Program-made: the position numbers and the translations under genes
The notes under the pieces: model-generated
The model's input: the letters and a program-made list of their open reading frames with translations, nothing else
Databases searched by the model: none
What the model was told of the DNA's origin: nothing
Source: an uncultured virus (IMG/VR IMGVR_UViG_3300038345_000393)
Taxonomy: Duplodnaviria; Heunggongvirae; Uroviricota; Caudoviricetes
Length of the DNA: 64,000 bases
Virus record (IMG/VR): IMGVR_UViG_3300038345_000393
Reading direction: 5' to 3' (one strand)
In this document: positions 58,614 through 64,000 of the stretch, one piece after another
Position numbering within the stretch: position 1 is the stretch's first letter
How the letters are laid out: every line of letters begins with the position of its first letter

Positions 58614-58785
58614 TAACTACCTCCAAAAATCTATTCAATATAAATAACCGTCTACCTAATCCCTCTACCAGACTGCGCCAAAGATAAAAAGGAGACATGA
58701 CAGAAAAGGCGCAGCTGGATAGAAAGGAGGTTTTATGCTATGTCTTAAAGACGGACAATGTGCTTTCTAAGTTACCCATTTTTAC

Positions 58786-58809
58786 TGGGTATCCTAAAAA
58801 CGATATTTT
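58786..58809. repeat. 24-bp intergenic repeat, copy 2
   Basis: Identical to 51129-51152. Confidence 0.9.
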
Positions 58810-58830
58810 CTGTTTTTATAATATAAAAAT

Positions 58831-58855
58831 AAAAGCCGCCTTTTTCGGCGGTTTT
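58831..58855 (-). terminator. intrinsic terminator after the RNAP-like operon
   Basis: CCGCC-TTTTTC-GGCGG stem flanked by A and T runs. Confidence 0.75.
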
Positions 58856-58877
58856 ATATAATTTTACTAAAAATATT

Positions 58878-59093
58878 TTAGCTCTCTGTAGCGATTAGTT
58901 CTTCGTTTTGATTATAGAGTCTAATTTGTCTCCAGCGTGGAAGAGTCTTTGTAACACGATACTCGTGAGACTGCTCTTGAACAACTTTTAGAAACATTGT
59001 GTCGGCTTCTTCTTTGGTGCATATTTTTGACCAAATGGTTTCTTCAGTTCCGTCAAAATTATCTTTAGCGATTCTAAATCTTTGCTTTTCCAT
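58878..59093 (-). CDS. small hypothetical protein
   Basis: 71-aa ORF with AAGGAG RBS directly after the RNAP-like gene. Confidence 0.6.
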   Translation of the reverse strand: MEKQRFRIAKDNFDGTEETIWSKICTKEEADTMFLKVVQEQSHEYRVTKTLPRWRQIRLYNQNEELIATES

Positions 59094-59111
59094 AATTACT
59101 CCTTCCTATCA

Positions 59112-61988
59112 CTATTCATCTAGCATCTGTTCCATACCTGACAAAAGTTTATCAATGGATGAATGCTTATAATAATATTTATCAAATAGATCAAAACTAG
59201 CGTATCTCTTATTTGTTCTTTCTAGAGATGGGATACCACCATCGACATCAAAGAGATCTTTATATGTATACCCAAGATCTTTTTCTGAAATGATGTATAA
59301 AAGAATGAATAATAAGGTATATGGTGTTTCTTTTGTTAACCCTTCAATCATTTCAATTAGTTTTCTGGTTTTTTGAAGAGTGCTAATACCTGATTTGATT
59401 TCTTCGTAGCACTTATTAATCTTGTCATTGAATTCTCTTTTTTCCATATCAAAGGACTTGGAACTCTTTTTGGCTTGATTTTTCTTATAAATAATCTTCT
59501 TTAGTTTCTTTAATTCTTCTAAAGCATGATTGATTTGTTTGTAATTATCACTAGATAATCCCTTAGTGGTTATATCTTTTCTAACTAAAGAGAAGAATGG
59601 TATGGTTTCAACATTTTCCATTGATTCTTTGTTTTCATAAGTATATTTCCATAAGCGATCCATTGTGGTATTGAAGAATGGTCTGTTGTTTTCAATGTGT
59701 TCTTTTAAATGACTATTTATTTTACCCGCTGTTGGTTTATCTTTTGTTTCTGGGGCAACATAATAGAAGAAAACAGGCTCTTCATCAAAACCATTATCAA
59801 TCGCGTATTTATTAACTTTGTTAAAAACACTGACGGTAGTAAAATCAAATGACTTTTTAGCACTATCAATTTCAGCACCTGCTAAAACAGCAAGAATAGC
59901 AATCTTGTTATATAGTTCGACATCATCAAAGCCTTTATTTGGATTATCATACTTATCAGTATTGTTCCAATAATGGGAATTTAGTTTTTGTGATAAGTTA
60001 ACAATCATACCAACTCTGTTGTTAGCAATTTTATTATCTAAATCGATAATGTTGCCAATTAAGTCTTTATTAATATTTAAACCAATTGATTTGCTATCAA
60101 AACCTGTACAAGGAACAGGAAACTTGTGATAGTTCTTTTTGGTAACGTTAACAATAACTCTATTATTAGTTAATAAAAGTGTATCGCTATCATAGTCAGC
60201 ACCATTAAGACGTTGTTGTATATTGTTATTAATTGCGTCCACGACTGCGATATTTCTTGTTAAATTAAACCATTTGTCTAAATCTTTTGGTTTTTTATTG
60301 TGGGCGTAGAGCAAATTACCCATTGTCATATGAGGGGCACGTGAACCAGCGATTTCTTCGTCAGTAAAGAAACTGCAATATATTTCATCTCTATTTAATG
60401 AAGAAACTATACCATTGGCTTCTAATAAGGACTTATCATCTTTCTTAATGATGTATTGAAGATATTCAAGAGGATTACCAAATAATGTGGCATATGTCCC
60501 TTCAATTAATAGTCTTCCATCATATAACTTTAAATGGAAACTATCGATGACGTTATTGAATAAGTGATTCTTGAATAGGTTTGTTTTCTTGAAGTCTTTG
60601 CAAAGATCAAGCATTTCATAACAAACTTTGTTTTTAAATGAGTAGGAAGAATAATTTAATTCATTATCTTCGATAGCGGTATCTTCACTATCGTCTTCCA
60701 TATCTTCATCATTAGTGACTTCAATATCTTGTTCTTTAACTTCGCCTTTTAAGAATAACTTCACATATTCTGGAGTGTTTTTAATATCACGTATTTTATT
60801 AACGTAATCAAAATATGGTGATAATAATGGTCTAAGTTCAGTATCTTTCTTAAGACTCAATGTATTTAACAACTGATATGTTGTCTCTACCATATCACCA
60901 TTAAAGAATCTTGTTTCTTTATCGGTTTTAACAATACCAAATGTTGACAAGCGATTATTACTAATAGCGTCACACCATCTCTTGATGTTTTCTTTATTAA
61001 AACCACCTTTTGTCATCTTAAGATATTTAAGACAAGATTCAGAAACCACTAAAACGATATCTTTGATATCTGTAGCAAAGGTAATGCCGTTAAGTTGATC
61101 AACTGATGTGATGTTATTGTATTTAAACCAATCTTGTAATCTAGTATTAAAAGTGCAAGCTTTAAAGAATCTATTTCTTAATAGCATCATGCCTTTAAGA
61201 TGATCTCCACTATAACCACATTCGTGGAAGATGGAGTCATCCATTAAACCTTCGCCATCAAAGATATTATTTTCGATATCGTTTTTGCCTCTTTGGGCCA
61301 CTAAACCTTCACCTTTAATATAATTTACTTTAATAACTTCTTCGTCTTTTAAAACGTGCTTAAAGTCTTTAACAAAGAGGATATTATATGGATTTAACTC
61401 TAAGGTTTTTGTGAGGCTAGATAGGGATAAGGCTTTATAAGCTTCATATGAAGTTAAGTTATCTAGATAACCGTCTTTCTTTTCGTTTAGTCCCGCTTTA
61501 GACCAACTATTCATTAACTTATATAGTTTTTCTTTTATAAATAAACAGGATGCACCTTTAGCCGCACTAGCGGTTCTTTTATAGCGAACATATTTCTTAC
61601 CGTTTAGAATAAAGCCGTCTCTATAAATCGCTTCTCTCATTTGACTAGGAGCGTAGGTATCTCCCACTATTTCTTTTTTATCGAAAACGCGTTCTTTTTT
61701 ATCATTCATCCATAAAGAATATTCAAAAGAAACATTAACAAAGTCATCAGTGTAATATTCACCATTAATTGTTTTGCTTGTTAAGGTATTGTTCTGAATA
61801 TCAAATTTCTTTTCATATTCAAGAAGATATAAAAGATCGAGATTAAACGCTAAAACATCACGATAATGCTTGTCGAAAGATTCTTTAGTGTTTTTGACTT
61901 CCAACTTTTCATTAACGATATATTGAGCACGGTAAATCTCCGCTGCTTGTAAAAGTATGATTCTAAAAGAAGGACAGTTGCTATTCAT
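59112..61988 (-). CDS. YonO / eukaryotic RdRP-like single-chain double-psi-barrel RNA polymerase
   Basis: IFDGEGLMD, MLLRNRFFKAC, GSRAPH, QQRLNGADYDSD (DxDxD), AEIDSAKK. Confidence 0.8.
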   Translation of the reverse strand: MNSNCPSFRIILLQAAEIYRAQYIVNEKLEVKNTKESFDKHYRDVLAFNLDLLYLLEYEKKFDIQNNTLTSKTINGEYYTDDFVNVSFEYSLWMNDKKERVFDKKEIVGDTYAPSQMREAIYRDGFILNGKKYVRYKRTASAAKGASCLFIKEKLYKLMNSWSKAGLNEKKDGYLDNLTSYEAYKALSLSSLTKTLELNPYNILFVKDFKHVLKDEEVIKVNYIKGEGLVAQRGKNDIENNIFDGEGLMDDSIFHECGYSGDHLKGMMLLRNRFFKACTFNTRLQDWFKYNNITSVDQLNGITFATDIKDIVLVVSESCLKYLKMTKGGFNKENIKRWCDAISNNRLSTFGIVKTDKETRFFNGDMVETTYQLLNTLSLKKDTELRPLLSPYFDYVNKIRDIKNTPEYVKLFLKGEVKEQDIEVTNDEDMEDDSEDTAIEDNELNYSSYSFKNKVCYEMLDLCKDFKKTNLFKNHLFNNVIDSFHLKLYDGRLLIEGTYATLFGNPLEYLQYIIKKDDKSLLEANGIVSSLNRDEIYCSFFTDEEIAGSRAPHMTMGNLLYAHNKKPKDLDKWFNLTRNIAVVDAINNNIQQRLNGADYDSDTLLLTNNRVIVNVTKKNYHKFPVPCTGFDSKSIGLNINKDLIGNIIDLDNKIANNRVGMIVNLSQKLNSHYWNNTDKYDNPNKGFDDVELYNKIAILAVLAGAEIDSAKKSFDFTTVSVFNKVNKYAIDNGFDEEPVFFYYVAPETKDKPTAGKINSHLKEHIENNRPFFNTTMDRLWKYTYENKESMENVETIPFFSLVRKDITTKGLSSDNYKQINHALEELKKLKKIIYKKNQAKKSSKSFDMEKREFNDKINKCYEEIKSGISTLQKTRKLIEMIEGLTKETPYTLLFILLYIISEKDLGYTYKDLFDVDGGIPSLERTNKRYASFDLFDKYYYKHSSIDKLLSGMEQMLDE

Positions 61989-62020
61989 TGTAATAATTGT
62001 ATCAGTTTTATAGTTAAGAA

Positions 62021-63349
62021 TTAAATTCTTCCTAAAAAACTATCCAGCCAAGCAATGTCTGATGCTGTTAAAACCATAGACCTATACCCACGATTCCCTA
62101 GCCATTTAGTGTAAGCGATACCAGGATATCTATTTTTCTTATTGCTGTGACCAGGAAGATAGAAAAGGCCGCTGCAAACAATATAAATGGCTTTATCTAG
62201 AATGTAGTTTTTAAGTTTGAGATAGTTTCTTCCACCATGATTCATTAAAGCACGTGAAGCTTTTTCCACCAATTCCATATGCAAATCTATAGCATCAAAA
62301 CTTGTAAGTGTTTTTTCTGGACTAAAGCCAGTTGTGGCATCTAAATAAGGAGCAATCAATCTCGCTTCGTTGTAAATAAATATCATTGTCCTTTTTACGT
62401 GCAAATCTGGTTTCGGAAAATCTAAACAGTTGTAATTATACGATCTACCAAATTCTTTCAAAAAATCAAAAGTCAAAGGTTCACCATAGCGTGATGAAAT
62501 ATAATGTTGGAAATTTTCATACCAATCCTTTGGTCTTGCTGCACTATTTCCTGTCACGGGATTATTTTGCAATTTAGTTAAGACATCAACCGAATTGCTG
62601 CATGAATGCAAAAAAGAGCGTATTTCATTTAGACAATTATAGTAACTTCTTAAAACATCGATAGAGTTAGAAGAATATCCACTATATAGAGGATGAGATA
62701 AGTAAACACTAAGATTCAGCAAAGGAATTGATGCGTTAAAGTTGTTTGTAACACGAGAAATGTGGGTTTGAATGCTTGGATTGATAAATTTAATAATTTT
62801 TTCAATATTAGTTCCGTTTTGGGCATGGAAAGCGAGTTCTTTGAAGATAAATTGAATATCATTCAAAGAGGAAGTTGGATCAAGAAAAGTTTTATCAGAG
62901 TTAAGAAAATACTCGTCAATTTCGTTTTGAGTTAGTCGACGATTAGGCAAAGAACCCGTCGTTGCACTTGAATGGTTATACAATTCTTTTAATGTCTTGA
63001 TTGCTATCTTTAAGGCATCGTCATCGGTTATGGCAACTTTGTTAAAAAAGATTCTTGGTTTGTAGTTACTGCTGTTTTGATTATCAGAACTAGTATGTCT
63101 TATTGTTTCGCCACCCCTTGTAAAAGTAATTGATCTGTTTGCCAAATCAAAATTAGTTATTCCAAAGCCAACTCTTTCAGCTGTTTGACGATATCTTGAC
63201 GAATTGTTTAAAAAGGTATTTCCTCTCAAATAACAAGGGGAAATATTAGACTCGGTAATTCTTTCTAAACCATCGAAAGTCAAATTGATTTCATTTGGCC
63301 CTTGTAATAAATAGTCTTCTAATTTTTTAAATGCCTTACTTTTAGCCAT
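62021..63349 (-). CDS. hypothetical protein with possible HhH DNA-glycosylase-like C-terminal domain
   Basis: YGEPLTFDFLKEFG...FPKPDLHVKR; small N-terminal domain KKLEDYL...LTFDGLERI. Confidence 0.5.
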   Translation of the reverse strand: MAKSKAFKKLEDYLLQGPNEINLTFDGLERITESNISPCYLRGNTFLNNSSRYRQTAERVGFGITNFDLANRSITFTRGGETIRHTSSDNQNSSNYKPRIFFNKVAITDDDALKIAIKTLKELYNHSSATTGSLPNRRLTQNEIDEYFLNSDKTFLDPTSSLNDIQFIFKELAFHAQNGTNIEKIIKFINPSIQTHISRVTNNFNASIPLLNLSVYLSHPLYSGYSSNSIDVLRSYYNCLNEIRSFLHSCSNSVDVLTKLQNNPVTGNSAARPKDWYENFQHYISSRYGEPLTFDFLKEFGRSYNYNCLDFPKPDLHVKRTMIFIYNEARLIAPYLDATTGFSPEKTLTSFDAIDLHMELVEKASRALMNHGGRNYLKLKNYILDKAIYIVCSGLFYLPGHSNKKNRYPGIAYTKWLGNRGYRSMVLTASDIAWLDSFLGRI

Positions 63350-63466
63350 AGATAAAACCTCAAATAAAATGTTCTTTAATGTTTTGTCACCAATAATAGT
63401 TGATTATTTGTAATAACATTACAATTAAAAAGGGTGTGCTTCAACACTAAGTTAAAAATGAATACT

Positions 63467-63640
63467 AAAAAACCATCAAACGATGGTCTTTGTTTAGCCG
63501 ATAACTATCTAAGAGTTCTTGTCGACAAGGCACACTATTTCAGAGCCCTGACTAATCAGTGCTAACCATTAGCCTAGTGGAGGAACTTTCCACCGCGTTT
63601 TAAACTGCGAGCAATAGCTTAGCTCGACTTAAATGGTATT
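63467..63640 (-). ncRNA. candidate ~170-nt pseudoknotted RNA with terminator
   Basis: Multi-way junction closed by 63565-71/63632-37, loop-tail complementarity, terminator at 63467-63487. Confidence 0.55.
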
Positions 63641-63652
63641 AACTTTGCACAA

Positions 63653-63985
63653 TTAATCCTTTTTACATTTCTTTAAGAACTCTTGATATTCTTTGTTGAA
63701 CTTATCATAGGGTTCCGCAATTTCTTCTTTAGTGATTTTTCTACCTAAGAATTGTTCTGCTTCAGTTTCAGTGATTTCTACTATTTCTTCCATACAAGAT
63801 AGGTTTCCATATCGATACATAGAGTCAACTGGTTCTGATGGATCATAGCCAACTCTATTTTTCCAAAGTATATAGGTTCCTTCATACCATTTATTGTCAT
63901 TTGGATTGTAATAAATAGCGATTTCACTAACTTCATCTTCAATGAATAAGTTTTTAAATTCATCGCCCACTATGTAGTATTTCAT
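63653..63985 (-). CDS. hypothetical protein
   Basis: 110-aa ORF with AAGGAG RBS. Confidence 0.6.
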   Translation of the reverse strand: MKYYIVGDEFKNLFIEDEVSEIAIYYNPNDNKWYEGTYILWKNRVGYDPSEPVDSMYRYGNLSCMEEIVEITETEAEQFLGRKITKEEIAEPYDKFNKEYQEFLKKCKKD

Positions 63986-64000
63986 ATTCTTTCCTCCTTG

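Noticed and set aside
58697..58861. + strand 54-aa ORF after AAGGAG
   Set aside because: Runs through the repeat and terminator against local gene direction; the SD-like words are better read as anti-SD tracts on the - strand
63534..63562. Hammerhead-like CTGAT...GAAA core on - strand
   Set aside because: Reads CTGATTA rather than the required CTGANGA, and stems do not fit the hammerhead topology
386..63963. Many short + strand or nested ORFs in the track (e.g. 386..637, 7009..7383, 21020..21310, 49259..49678)
   Set aside because: They are antisense or alternate-frame shadows of longer motif-bearing genes and lack RBS
1..64000. CRISPR array, tRNA, integrase/att sites, virion genes
   Set aside because: None recognised; the only exact intergenic repeat has two copies 7.6 kb apart

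Overview
AT-rich (roughly low-30s % GC by eye) bacterial sequence, genetic code 11, with Bacillota/Bacilli-style ribosome-binding sites and one 10-N assembly gap at 33469-33478. Almost all genes are on the minus strand. No rRNA, tRNA, CRISPR array, integrase or virion gene was recognised, and the window reads as an accessory island or large mobile element. 0-9.6 kb: NERD, Fic, SPFH, zinc-ribbon, XRE and SHOCT membrane genes plus a membrane-anchored DEDDh nuclease. 9.7-28.3 kb: a defence island (GmrSD-like, LlaJI/McrBC-like pair, putative type II REase, Dcm, Dam, a GHKL-ATPase module, HEPN, MBL hydrolase). 28-64 kb: stand-alone or truncated paralogues of core machinery (DnaB, FtsK and FtsH without membrane anchors, a PolIII-alpha-like fragment, AddAB-like pair), ADP-ribose/Fic enzymes, a WYL-like regulator, an HslV-like peptidase with a CbbX-type AAA+ ATPase, and a YonO/eukaryotic-RdRP-like single-chain RNA polymerase. 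The most notable signals are non-coding: a ~530-nt ornate structured RNA (23.3-23.9 kb), three more structured RNA candidates (12.1, 48.2, 63.5 kb), a SAM-I riboswitch in front of non-metabolic genes, a 24-bp duplicated promoter-like element, and several small ORFs missing from the ORF track, including an ArfA-like peptide. All family assignments come from motif recognition by eye, not database searches.
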